From: Fimicolochytrium jonesii
Taxonomy: Eukaryota
DNA: 64,000 nucleotides
Reading direction: 5' to 3'
NCBI RefSeq assembly: GCF_025526975.1
Contig: NW_026515704.1
Span: forward strand, 186,001 to 250,000
This document shows positions 1-11,561 of this stretch, in pieces. Both the position numbers and the translations under genes were made by a program. The notes beneath the pieces are model-generated. The model saw only the letters and a program-made list of their open reading frames with translations, did not search any database and was not told where the DNA came from. Within the stretch, counting starts at the first letter, position 1. Each line of letters begins with the position of its first letter.

Positions 1-375
1 CACCATCAATGTCATCGCCCTACCGACAATGTCAGCCGCTACCACGTTCCCCAAGTCGGCATGTCCCGAAACGTGTGGGAGGACACGTGGGCATTACAAC
101 GTCTAGGTCGATGATGGCCGTGCGCTATTGGCAGCTATTTCCTTGTCGGCGAGTTGAAATCCCCCTATTTCTTCCAGTCGGCAACGAAAAAGGCACTGGG
201 GAGAAGGTCTCATGGGTGCGCTCACGTATCAAGGCAAGCGTTTCCGATGCCGGCCGTGTGGCATTCCACCCTGAGCCCGTAGATGGTCGACCGGAGTGGA
301 TGAGAAGGATGGCAATTCTTCACCGTTGTTCGTGGCGCCGACGGTACCACAGCCACCCGCCCTTTTAGATGGTCT

Positions 376-787
376 CCCACCGGCCTAAAGCCCTTTAAAT
401 GCAGCTAGGAGGGATGTTCCTGCGAGTATCTCTACGAAAGCAGTCTTCGTCATCACCTCAGAAACCACACGGGTGAGCGGCCCTACATTTGCGATATCGA
501 CGACTGCGGCGAAGGCTTCGTAGAGACACCAACAGTCGGTGCATCTTTACCCGGAGGGATCTCCTCGCGGTGGGACCCACGAGTCGCGTATACGTGATTT
601 TCTAGAAGAAAAACGTCGCGATTATAAGTCACAGCATCGAATCGATTTTCGGTGTCCCATGATCAATGACGACAGGGACGGTTATGACTGTGTAATCGAT
701 TTCGTTGTGCAACATACCGATCGTCATGGGAAGACGGTTGCTGAGGTGTTACACGAACGGGGGTCTTCCTTCGGCAAACCGATTTGA
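376..787 (+). pseudogene. Degenerate C2H2 zinc-finger protein fused to a putative PD-(D/E)XK/Vsr-like endonuclease domain (NCLDV-type architecture)
   Basis: Frame 1 from 376 reads PTGLKPFKCS*EGCSCEYLYESSLRHHLRNHTGERPYICDIDDCGEGF: a C2H2 finger with the canonical HTGERPY linker and an in-frame TAG at 406-408. It frameshifts into ORF 539-787 (HLYPEG..ESRIRDFLEEKRRDYKSQHRIDFRC..CVIDFVV..EV). Confidence 0.6.
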
Positions 788-3470
788 TTGCGACCAGTCA
801 CGACAGAGGGTACGCTCCCTCACAGCGGGAGTGCACCGATGTCTGCCGCTGAGCCAGGCACCAGCAAGCCAAACTTGGCCGGCGCAAGGGTCTTTCACAA
901 ACGGCCATTGGAAGGGCTCGCATTCACCCTCGAGGGGAAGATAAGATCTGGCCACAGATTTAGACTGCAAAAAATGGCTCACAGATGATCTCAAGGCAGA
1001 GGATCCATGTGGTGGCGCTCCGCTGAATATGGTTCGACCATTCAAGGAACCGATTGTGTGGCCTACGAATGTTTACGCCTTCGGACGTTTCCGTCGTGGA
1101 TAAAGTCATTGTTGAACTCGTTCCGCTGGCCCCTATCCGACAAGGTACACATTCTCGATCCGGTAGCATCGGAATCAAAAGGTTTACGAACGCTTTAGCC
1201 AGAGGCCGGTAACAAACTTCCGTCTTTACCTTCGTCCTCACCAAACCCAATCAACAAGCCCATGCACCGAAAGCATCCTATCAGTGGTGGCGGCACGCCC
1301 GCGATACTGCCCCACCAACGTCAAGCACATGCTGGAAGGCACTTGCGGCCCCGGCACCATTGTTATGCATCCCATCGCCCGCCGCTCTTTGCATTGGATA
1401 CGAAGGCTGGCCCCTGTTATCGTTAGCGGTCAAAAGACACCATTCCCAAAGCGAAGAACGCTTGTATAGAACGAGAAGCATCTTGGGGTCATCGGATGGG
1501 GAACGAAAGACAGGCAGATGGAGAGTTACCGCAAAGTGAATTGGAAGATCGTATCCGTTTCGTTGTGGGCATGTCTATCACAACGCACCGCTTCGCGGAA
1601 GACTACATTTGGTCCCCTCCCAGGGAGGTCCATTCTAGGGATCGTTGCGCGCATTTGCACTCTGAAACCAGAAATGCGGGCATGGGCGTTGGTATCCGCT
1701 CGACCGCGGTGTCATGACTACCACCCGGACTGTGGGCGGAACAAAATCGACAATGTGGCAAACTCACAGGGAACCCCTTTCGTCCAGACGGTGTGCTTTC
1801 CGGCACTGTCTTGACGAAAGGGGGTTCTCTCGTGGGGGGTCCGGCGCGGATTTGGATGAAGGCATGATGAGTATGACGACGGGTTGAGGGGGTTCAGCAA
1901 GGCGAGCGGGAGTCGAGATGGGGGATTGGACGAGCTTGCGGACGGTGAGTCGGAGGTGGTTCGAGACATCAGCGCTCGGGCGAAACTGTATCACCGCGAT
2001 TGGATGACACAGTATCGGACATTACCCCCGACTCCCCCCACTCCTCGCACGCATGTCCGGACAGATCGTTTTATCCCTCCATCCGATCGTGGGGAACGGA
2101 ACGCCATCCACCGGGACTTGGATTGTACGAGATGATATTGCGAGCTTGCCATTTTATGATGATTGAAGCTGGAAGGGGAGATCATACCGCTCATACAGGC
2201 CTCCGTTCAAGCCCCCTCCCTTCGATCTCTGTCGAACCTAGTCCGGTCTCGCTGATCAGCGTACTCGTGTACAAGACACCCAACGAGGTGATCGTACAAG
2301 ACTCCTCCTCGACGCCCGCAGGAGCAAGCTCGTCGCAGAGGGGACGATCGTCAATAAACCGCCAATGACACATAAGGGAGGCCGACCGAAGAAAGGGAAG
2401 TGGTGTCCAAACAACGACGCACCCGAAATCGCCGTGGGTGCATCAAGATCACGACCCACCCCAGTTCGAACACAAAGCAACAAGTTGACGCTTATGAGAT
2501 GTGGCAAACCACTGTCTGTCTTTACGATGTTTTGCCACCCCGTTCTTGGACCCAAAGCCGGCAGATCCTCGAGAGCCCCCCACCCTTCGCCGTAGAAAGG
2601 ACTAACCGGCGAACCACGGGATCCATTCGTTCGCTCGACTCCCCACGAAACCCCCATACGAGTTTCAAAGACAAGCCTGCACCCGCCGCACCGCAGCGAC
2701 GTGTTCACTGGGCAGCACTCCCCCAGCGCCTGTTTACCGCTGTCCCACAATATCGAAACCGCCCCTGCCCATGTCCGATGGGACCGGGTCTGGGTAGAGG
2801 AGATGGAAGATGTCGACACGGATGAGGATGTTGGGGAGGATAGTTCCACACATCGCGCGTTCCTGCGTTGATGGGAGCTGGATTTGGGCCGGTTCCGCCC
2901 CGCGCACGATGAACGCCCCCACCTCGCGCCAGTGCACCCCATCCCACATGCACAAATGGTCCTCCGAAGAACTCAGCGATACTGCTGTTTCGGAGATACC
3001 GAGGATTCTGTCTTCCCATCTTTTAGCGTGTTTGAGCAATCTGGCAGGGTTAGCGGAACTTTTGTTTTCAAAGTTCATCCCATTTCTTACCCCCCCTTTC
3101 GTAGCGCTGGTATTCACTGTCACTGCGGAATCCCGTATCAACGGATAATGCATAGCTGGCCTCATTTTAAGGAGAGGTTTTTTTTGCGTTTATCCGTCGC
3201 TCGTTTTCGGGTCGTAACTTGCCACAGACCTGCTGGACGCCGAGATGCCCACATACACACTGGGGGTTCCTCCACTTCCCCGACGCGGTTGTTTCTCCAA
3301 GATGGTGACCTGGGGGATAACTCCTGAATGCAGTAGGTCACGATTTTTCGGAAGAAGAGCAATTGCAGACCGCTGCGATGCACAGGAATATATTGCACAA
3401 GTCCCCTTCCACCGCACCCACCGGCCTCGCAGTTCCCCCTATCTACATACAAGTATCCATCCGACAGCCA

Positions 3471-4358
3471 TTACCCCTGAATGACATCCACCCCGCCCAC
3501 CCTCTCCCACCTCTCCCGGCTGACCTCCCCCCACGCCTCATCCGCAACGCCCACGCCCACCATCAACATGCCCATGGCGACAAACGTCCCCGCCAGGATC
3601 CCCAGCCCGCCCTTCGCCAGCAACGGGTTCTCGACCGGGCCCGCGTAGAACGGCAACGTGGCGGCGCGGTACGCCAGCCCTGCCACGCCGCCCGCGAAGA
3701 AGTTGGTGAGGTGCCACGTGGGGTCGTTCTGGCGCGGGGGGAGGAGGTCTGCTGCCGTCGGTGCGAGGGAGCGGATGTGGGGCGGGGGACCGTTCTGTGT
3801 GGCGGATTGGAACGCGCGGTGGGCAGCGACCAGTCTCGCTTTGTAGATCCCCGTGCGGAGGCCCTCGGCGACCGCGAAGAAGCACGCGTAACCTGATGCG
3901 GTCTTCAGCCCCGATCGCCAGAAGGCCGTGCGGGAGGGGGCGGCGGTCACGGTGTCGACGGTGGATGGGCGGCCGAGGTGGCGTTGTTGGGAGGCGGACG
4001 CTTGCGCGGCGAGGAGGGCGGCGCGGGTTTCGGCGGAGGTTTCGGGGAAGGTGGGGGTGTGGAGGAGGTGGGAGAGGGTCGCGAGGGTGAGGCCGGAGAG
4101 GGCGCCGGCGATGACTTGCGCGGTTGGGCCTGAGATGCGCTGTTGTTCGACTGTGGATACATTGGTTGTATCACCCTTTGGGGTTGCGGTTGTGGAGAAG
4201 GGCGTCGTTGCTGTTGTTGTTGTTGTTGTTGTTGTTGTGGGAGAGGGTTTGTTGAGCAGCGGCGACGTGATGAGGAACCGCTGGGTCTCTGTGTAGACGC
4301 CGTAGAGGGAGACTATGGAGAGAGCCTGTGCGGCGGCGATCTGCAGGCCGAGCGACAT
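3471..4358 (-). CDS. Hypothetical membrane protein, divergent mitochondrial-carrier-like (295 aa, single ORF)
   Basis: Intact ATG-initiated ORF. Segments AQVIAGALSG, GYACFFAVAEGLR and NFFAGGVAGLAYRAATLPF resemble SLC25 helices. Poly-Thr tract. Confidence 0.55.
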   Translation of the reverse strand: MSLGLQIAAAQALSIVSLYGVYTETQRFLITSPLLNKPSPTTTTTTTTTATTPFSTTATPKGDTTNVSTVEQQRISGPTAQVIAGALSGLTLATLSHLLHTPTFPETSAETRAALLAAQASASQQRHLGRPSTVDTVTAAPSRTAFWRSGLKTASGYACFFAVAEGLRTGIYKARLVAAHRAFQSATQNGPPPHIRSLAPTAADLLPPRQNDPTWHLTNFFAGGVAGLAYRAATLPFYAGPVENPLLAKGGLGILAGTFVAMGMLMVGVGVADEAWGEVSRERWERVGGVDVIQG

Positions 4359-4754
4359 CTTCGCTCTGGGGTAGCTTTTGCGGGAACGGGGGAGTGTGGG
4401 GGTTTACGGAAGACGCCGATGAGTTCTGGCGGTGTGCGTTGACTTCTGGGGGGAAAAAGGAGGAAAGGAGCGACGCGGAAGAAGCGTGGCTTGGCCCTTG
4501 CGGAAACCGACACTTCTGACAGGGGCCTCACAGAAAGGCTTTGGAAAAACCAAGCGAGCCGCCGTATCCCCGTCTTCACATGAAAAAGCATGCAAGCAGA
4601 AAGCATCAGAAATTGGTATACGAAAGATGCAGGAAAAAAAAACGTGGAATGTTCTAAAACGGGAGGGGGTCCCGAACGCCAAACCCGACTTCTCCCCACC
4701 GGTGTGGGAGATACCCCACCCCACCCCACAAACACCATACAACACACACGAACA

Positions 4755-7700
4755 TCACACCCTCCTAACAACAGCAACGCCCCCACTCATCCCCCTCGTC
4801 CCGGCAAACCACGGCACCGTCGCGCGCCAGAAGCTGTGTCCAAAGGCGGCCCAGGTGTCGACGGTCGGGCGGCCGGTGTCGTCGTCGACGCGGGTCAGCA
4901 TCTCGAATGCCCGCGAGACGTTCAACTCGTTCAAGAAGCATGATATACGCGCTTGCGGGGGTTCGGATACCATGCCTTCCTCACCCACACCCAACGCATG
5001 CAGGGTGGCGTTGTAAGTGACTTTGAACGACGCAACGACCCGTGTCTGTTTGGGGTCGGTGAACGCGCGTCTGTAGAGTGTTCGGAGGACGGATTGGTGG
5101 GTTGCTGTTGTTGTTGTTGTTGTTCCTGATGTCGGCGGGGAGGCGTCTTGCGTTGCCCATTTCCACCATTTACCCCCCTTCGACTTTGGCGACGGCGGTG
5201 AACTCCCGCCCCTCGGCACCTCGTCAACATCCACCCACGTGACACCCTCATCCGTATCCCCGATCTCAACCTCCATGCTCCCGTCAACGACACCCTCCGG
5301 CAACGAATGCGCCACATCAACCGTACAAGCCCTCGCACCCGGCGGCCCCTCAAACACCCCCTCAACGTACCCCACCCCACTTTGCGCGTCCCACCCACGT
5401 CGGAGATCCTTAACCCGTATCAGATCCGCCGGGGGTACCGCCCCACTCCCATCAGCAGCGACAACCACGGGGGGCTCCGTATCCGCGAGGTAACACACGC
5501 CCTGTGTTATCGTTGGCGCCGAAGGGCGGGTTGGGGGCGGAGGGGTGGGGAAGTAATCATCGCACTCCATTTCCGATTCCTCTTTCAGCGACGCGGCCCA
5601 GTGGGAGGCTCTCATGGTCCCGGCAACGACGATCTGGACCTGGGATGTTCGCGCGAGGGCCGGTGTAGTCACGTCCCAGGTCTCCATGAACCCGAGTTTC
5701 TGCGGTCTATCTTGTGAGAACGGGAACCGCCAGAGCGCGGATATGTATAGCGGTGTGAAAAGTGCCGCTGCGATGTAGACGAGCGCTTTGCGATGTATCC
5801 GCGACCTATTGAGTGCGGGCATGAGGTTGAGCGCGATGGGGAGTATGAGGAGCGTGAGTGCGAGGTCGACTACAGTCTCAGGGAGGGATTCGGCGATAAG
5901 GCTGGGGATGGCTGTGATGACCAAATCCAGTATGTCGAACAACTCCAAGGTGGGTATAAGTGAGGAGACGAGCATGGCGAGCACCCACGCGTAGCGCTCA
6001 TACGCTCGGACCGCGGTTTGTTTCCACTGGGGCAACGGGGGGTTATCCTCCGCTATATCCGCGCGCCACCATTTGCGGATGAGGGCGCCTAGGCTGACGT
6101 TGAGTGCGACGGCAAGGGCGGAGAAGAAGGCGTAGTCGTAGAGGACGTAGGCGCCCATTATTTTGCGGTCGGAGAGGGCGAGGGCGAGGAAGAGAGTGGA
6201 CCACCAGAAGCAGAGGAGGCCGTAGGGGATCCAGGTGTGGAGGGAGGGGCCGGCGGGGACTTCGGCTTTGGTGCGGCCGGTGCGGCGTGTGATGCCGTTG
6301 TTGGGGGTGTGGGTGGTGGGGTGGAGGAGGGGCGCTGAGGGGTTGGGGGTGGTGGGGTCGTCGTCCTCGTCTTCATCTTCGTCGTCCTCATCGTCGTCGG
6401 AGTGGCCGTCCAGTTCGTCGGGGTCGTAGGCGAGCCCCTCGTACCGTTCCCCGGTTTCCTCATCTTCTTCCTCGAACCGATCCGTCGTGGTAGGCAGCAA
6501 GTTGTAAACAACCACCGGCGCCTTCCGCAATTTTAACCTGAGCGCGATCCACGGCCATACCGCCTGCATCTGCAATATGACCAGCGCCACGGCAGCGGCG
6601 ATCCACGCCAGGCTCAGGTGCGGGTTCCCGTACGTCGCGCCGTAATTCAACAACGACTTTAATTTCGACAGCAGCAGCACGACAAACAACGTCGTGAACA
6701 GGTTGAGCACAACGAGGAGGTACGCTTCCACGATCGGCTTAACATACCGCCTCATCCCCCTCTTCACGCCATACCGCCTTGCCTCAGCCATCCCCTTCAT
6801 CCCACTCCCCAGGGCAATCGCAACAAGCAAGAACGACATTCCCGCCTTGTACAGTCCAGCGGTGGTCATGACCATACGCCTCCCCAAGAAATCATAGTAG
6901 ACGAACCCGCCGTTGGGAAGGGAGTCCTGCTCCTCCTTTTCGACGATGGTGGAGGAGATGCGGGTGAGGAGGTCTGAGTTGCAGACGGAGCGGAGGGTGG
7001 AGAGGACGTTGTCGCCCATCTGTTGGACGGCGGTTGGGTCCGCATGGGCGAGGTCGTCGTGGAGGGTGTGGTAGAGATACCGATGGGCGTAGAATGATAT
7101 GTCGATACCGGGCAGTTGGCCGGCGCCGGCGTACGGTCGGTAGTCGGTGTCACTGGGTGTGAAGAAACAGCGTCAGTATTGAATACCCGCGGGCATATTC
7201 GAACGCCAAGCATCCCCCTCACCTTCCCACCATCCCCATCAAATCATCCGCAAGCACCGAAGCATGCGGGTACGGCGCTGACTTTGCAAACACATCCGCC
7301 AACTCATAGCTGTTGGTTCTGAACAGCAACGATCTTGTCTTCCCCGCCGTTCCCGTTCCTTCCAAGTTGATGAACCCCTTGATGTCCTGGAACCACGGGT
7401 GCTGCAGTAGCGCGTATCCGCCGTACAAGGACATCTCCTCGCCATTGTTAAAGTTCAGAATAACATCGTGATCGAGTGTCGAGCCGTGAACAAGCGCCCT
7501 GACGATGTCGAGCATGGCGACGATCCCGATCCCGTCGTCGGTGACACCGTATGAGAGGGGTGCTGAGTCGTAATGCGCGGATACGAGCAACGCTTCCCGC
7601 GTATTGGACGAGCCCTTGATGCGTACGACCAGGTTGGAAGATTGGTAATACGCTAGGTTCACGTTGAGGTTTGTGGTGTCCGGTGCCGAGATCTCAATCC

Positions 7701-8250
7701 AATCATCATCCTTTCCCAAAGCGATTCCCAACGCCCGCGCCTCTCTCACAACATGCTCCAGATACGCCAAGGTGCGCAGATTCGCGTCCGAGTTATACGG
7801 CCTGGGTCCAAATTGTACAATGGCCTCCAAATGCTCCCACGCGTGCCCACCGCTGAACGCCGCCGTATTATTGATCGCGACGACTTTCCGCGGCATATTG
7901 ACTGTCGCTGCACTCCATCGGACGCTCAAGCAGAAAGCGAGAAAGATGAGACATATTAGCACAGTCTGCGCGGTTCTTTTGAAGAGCGGGTGGCTGACCA
8001 CTGCCGTCCATGGTTTGTGCAGTCCGAAGGCCGGTCGGTGGAGGAGGGTGGAGGGTGAGAATGGGAGGGTGGGAAGACGCGACCATAGTCGTTGCCAGCG
8101 CGGTGGCGGCTGGGAGACGGGTATTTCGCTCGTGGATCCGGAGGAGTGCGATGACCGTGTTATTGGGGATACCGGAGGAGAGTTTGCGTCGTTGTTGTGC
8201 GGACGACCTGGGCTGCTGGCGGGGAGGCCCGTGGCTTGGACTCTGGGCAT
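4755..8250 (-). CDS. M28-family vacuolar/ER membrane metallopeptidase (PFF1/ERMP1-like); exons 8250-7223 and 7152-4755
   Basis: M28 motifs LLVSAHYDS, GVTDDGIG, FNNGEE, INLEG, SDTDYR and YHT, followed by multiple TM segments. The GT..AG intron 7222-7153 (TACTGAC branch site) joins MVG-S-DTDYR in frame. Confidence 0.9.
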
Positions 8251-8669
8251 TTTGAGCGAACCTCGCCGCCGGCGGAAGTTGCTGCAGTCCTGGCTGGGTG
8301 GCGGAGCGTTGCCGTGATGCTGCAAGTCGGGGTCCGAGACCGTCACGGCGAGAGAGTGGACGAAGACTCGACTGCGAGCCAAAAGGTTCGTGGGGAAAGT
8401 CGGATGCCAAGATGGGAGTGGGTATTGAGGGTGGGGGTGGCGGTCGGTCGAGGTGGCTTGCTTGGAGTACCTCAGGAAACTACAGCCGGAGTGTATTTAT
8501 TCTACTGTATGTTTCCAAGGGACGACCGAGGCAGCAGCAGCTCTTGGGTGGCGGTGGACAGCAAGCAAGTGGAGGGGCCACCTTCTTTGGGTATAATACT
8601 ATTATAGAGGGCAGCAGTGCGGTGGCTGTTGGGAGTCTATGGGAGCAGGTGGGGATTCCCACGGGTCAC

Positions 8670-8709
8670 TTCTCTCCCTCTCTCTCTCTCTCTCCCTCCC
8701 TCTCTCTCT
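8670..8709. repeat. (CT)n microsatellite
   Basis: tctctccctctctctctctctctccctccctctctctct, between divergent genes. Confidence 0.8.
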
Positions 8710-9019
8710 GATGGACTGGTGTCAGTCAACACACTGTGATATCACACGCAGAAACACCCACAAGCAGCTGCTTCTTACCTGCCTCTTATCTGCTTGTTTC
8801 CATGCACACTCCCTGTGTCATAGCACTCATGATGACGTAACCGACTCTCTCCCTCTCTCTCTCGCTGAGTCTCTCTCACAACCAGCTGCAGAAAACACGC
8901 TGCAACAGCCCGTCCCGTCTTAAACCCCCCTCTAGTACTCTACTACTGTATATACTGTACCCATAGCTCAGGCAGCTCAGCCGCAACCGCCCACCCACCA
9001 CAACAACGCAGCAAACACA

Positions 9020-9637
9020 ATGTCGCCCCGTCTCTTCCGCCAGCCCCGCCTTGCAGCCCGGGCGGGCCTTACCCGCCATCATCTCTCTCCCAAAGCAACC
9101 AACATATGCACAGCACCACTCAAACCCCGGCCCTCATCAGTCCTGTTCCCCACCTCCCCCAAACTCTCACCTCCATCACCCCACATCCTCAAAACCCCAC
9201 CCCAGCGTCGCACCCTCACCCTCTCCTCAACAACCTCCACCTCGGCCCCACACGGCCACGGAAGCGGCGACTTTACCGTCCACCCAACCGATACCCTCCC
9301 CTCCATCCCGCCACGTCGCCCGGATACGATCATCACGGGCCCGGAACTCGAGATGGGCTATCCCCGCCCGCATTTGGATACACTCTCCTCGCCAGGGTAT
9401 GCTTACACGCCATACGCCGTGCCGTCGCGACCGAGACATGATGTAATAGAGGAACGCAGGGATATGGACTCCGACGGCGTGCCGACCCCGCCCGTGGACG
9501 ATTCCGGCCCGCCGCCGTACCCATGGTTAAAACGCAGGGTCGCGACGATTAGTGTCAGAGTCGAGAGGGAGGAGGGGGTTGTTGAGGAGGAGGTGAGGTT
9601 AAGGGATGAATTGGGGGGCCTTCTGAAGTTGGGGTAG
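9020..9637 (+). CDS. Hypothetical protein (205 aa), Arg/Ser/Leu-rich N-terminus resembling a mitochondrial presequence
   Basis: ATG in CACAATG context after a C/A-rich leader. N-terminus lacks acidic residues. Shows the C-rich to G-rich composition of genuine genes in this region. Confidence 0.55.
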   Translation: MSPRLFRQPRLAARAGLTRHHLSPKATNICTAPLKPRPSSVLFPTSPKLSPPSPHILKTPPQRRTLTLSSTTSTSAPHGHGSGDFTVHPTDTLPSIPPRRPDTIITGPELEMGYPRPHLDTLSSPGYAYTPYAVPSRPRHDVIEERRDMDSDGVPTPPVDDSGPPPYPWLKRRVATISVRVEREEGVVEEEVRLRDELGGLLKLG

Positions 9638-9950
9638 GAGATACTGTAGGTGGGAAGGTCATGTATGCATACCCTTTTTGGAAACGTGCATTGCGGTTTT
9701 GGCACGAATACGAATACATCAACCGACAGGCCACACACCCACTCACAAGCACGACTGCGTTCGTTGTAGAGCAAAAGACAGTTCGTTTTTATTTTCCGTT
9801 TTTCAAAAAAACCAAACCAAATAAAAGTGTATATACAAGAAAGGGGGTATGCAATCCGTCCAAAAAAAACCGCCACCACCAAATTCAACCGAAACCGACT
9901 CAATCCGGCGGGGATGTGTATGAAATATGACCAAGTCCGCGGCCAGCATT

Positions 9951-10211
9951 TTATATCCTCGCAGACCATACGGGGAAATTCCACAACGGTGACGGTTTCA
10001 CATTTTTCTTCTCCGGCTTGCTTTTCTGCTCGTTTTGGGAGCTGGTGGCTTCGTAGTAAGTTGGTAGGGTGTGCGTGGTCTCTACGATTCTCGGCTGCGA
10101 TGGTTTTCCGGAGGTGGTGGAGGATTTTTGTGCGGCTTTTTGCGAGAGGATGCTGAACCCGTCGGAGCAGTGCTCGAGGGATGCGTGCCAGTGTTGTTGT
10201 GGGTGGGGCAT
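9951..10211 (-). CDS. Small hypothetical protein (about 86 aa, MPHPQQHW...LWNFPVWSARI)
   Basis: ATG at 10211 preceded by a CAA/ACA-rich leader; contains LPTY (PY-like motif). No family recognised. Confidence 0.4.
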   Translation of the reverse strand: MPHPQQHWHASLEHCSDGFSILSQKAAQKSSTTSGKPSQPRIVETTHTLPTYYEATSSQNEQKSKPEKKNVKPSPLWNFPVWSARI

Positions 10212-11561
10212 CGTTGTTAAATGTACGATATTGCGAACGTTTGACGTGTTTGTCTGTATTCTCGGATGTGTTTTTCGAGGATAGTGCAATGTTTTTGCCT
10301 TTGCTGCTGTGTTGTGTTGTGTTGTGCTGCTATGTAATTGCTTGCTCTGACAAAAGACAAGGAATCCCCACCGCACCCTCTCCCTTTTATATCCGGCCCT
10401 TTACTCTTCCAAGTCCCGATGCCACCCCTGTGGGCTAGCCACGGCCTATGCCACATTTCCCTTACTTTTTTTGTGGGAGGGAACGTGGGAACCCCCTCCA
10501 ACGCGGACGACATGGGGACATTTGACAGATTTGGGGGTGGGCAAGTCCCAAGTCCGCCCCCCACGAAAGAATTAAAAGCGCAGCCACCGACGGCGCGTGG
10601 GCTTAGTACGACCATTTTAGAGTGTTCTTCCCTTGTGGACATGGGGACGGAGGGTCCCGGAAGCATGGGGACAGAGAACCTGAAGGGTGTACATGGTTGT
10701 GCATCATGATACCCACCGCATCGACTGAATAGTTCATGGCACTGGAGGATGTTAGTAATCCATGCATACCCTTTCGTGGCCTCTCCGACATGGCCATCCC
10801 GGCAAACGTTTGCGACATGGAAGGGACCTTTGACCGGTGGACCAGCCCTCACGACCGCAACGTTTGACACAATTTAAGCTTCTTCTGTATGTACGGCGGA
10901 GAGCGGAGGCCTGGGCTTTGGCACGCGGCTCTGAGCTTTTCAGGGTCTTGTGATGTGCGGTGATGTCGGAAGATGGGGGGCTGGGTTGTTCATTATTGGG
11001 ACGCCTTTGGTTTCTTAATGGGGACATGCTAGCTGGCTTGGGAAGTATTGCATCGTTGATGAATGTGGAGGAGACCTATTGGCCGCTGGAGATGCAATTT
11101 GTGAAGACGGTTGTGTGAGGATACCGGCCCATTCGACCGCGAGATTGGAGGTATGTACGAGCTCCCAGACGGCGTCTCCCGATAAACCCATTAGGCAACT
11201 TTCCCTTGCCACTATTGTGCATCATGAGCGTCTGTGCTTGGCTGCGACAGGTTACGTGCGTGTGTATGAACTCTGAACAGCGAAAGAGACGCTTGATGCG
11301 TGTTGGCTCCGGCACATGCTGTCGAAAAGGAGCGACATGGCCTCTCAATGAGTCACACTCGCATCGATGGGAAGGCTTTCCCCAAGCGCCTTTGTTGGAC
11401 ACTGAAGCGGGACGAGCAGACATTGCTTTGCACAGGCCGCCATAGACGGGGTATCTATTGGCGCCCTCTTTGGCCAACCGGCGTAGCATTGGGAACGGGC
11501 TCTAGTTTAGATAGATCAAAACGCCCGCAGTCTCCTCCCATCGCCCATCATACCTCCAACC

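Noticed and set aside
406..408. TAG reassignment (alternative genetic code) as the explanation for the stop in the zinc finger
   Set aside because: H4, SDS22, TRS130 and BRR2 all end in TAG, and the locus also has a frameshift, so decay is the simpler explanation.
4205..4238. (GTT)n and other trinucleotide runs (also near 5105, 21780, 23130)
   Set aside because: They encode poly-Thr or poly-Gln tracts inside CDSs; they are not CRISPR arrays or independent elements.
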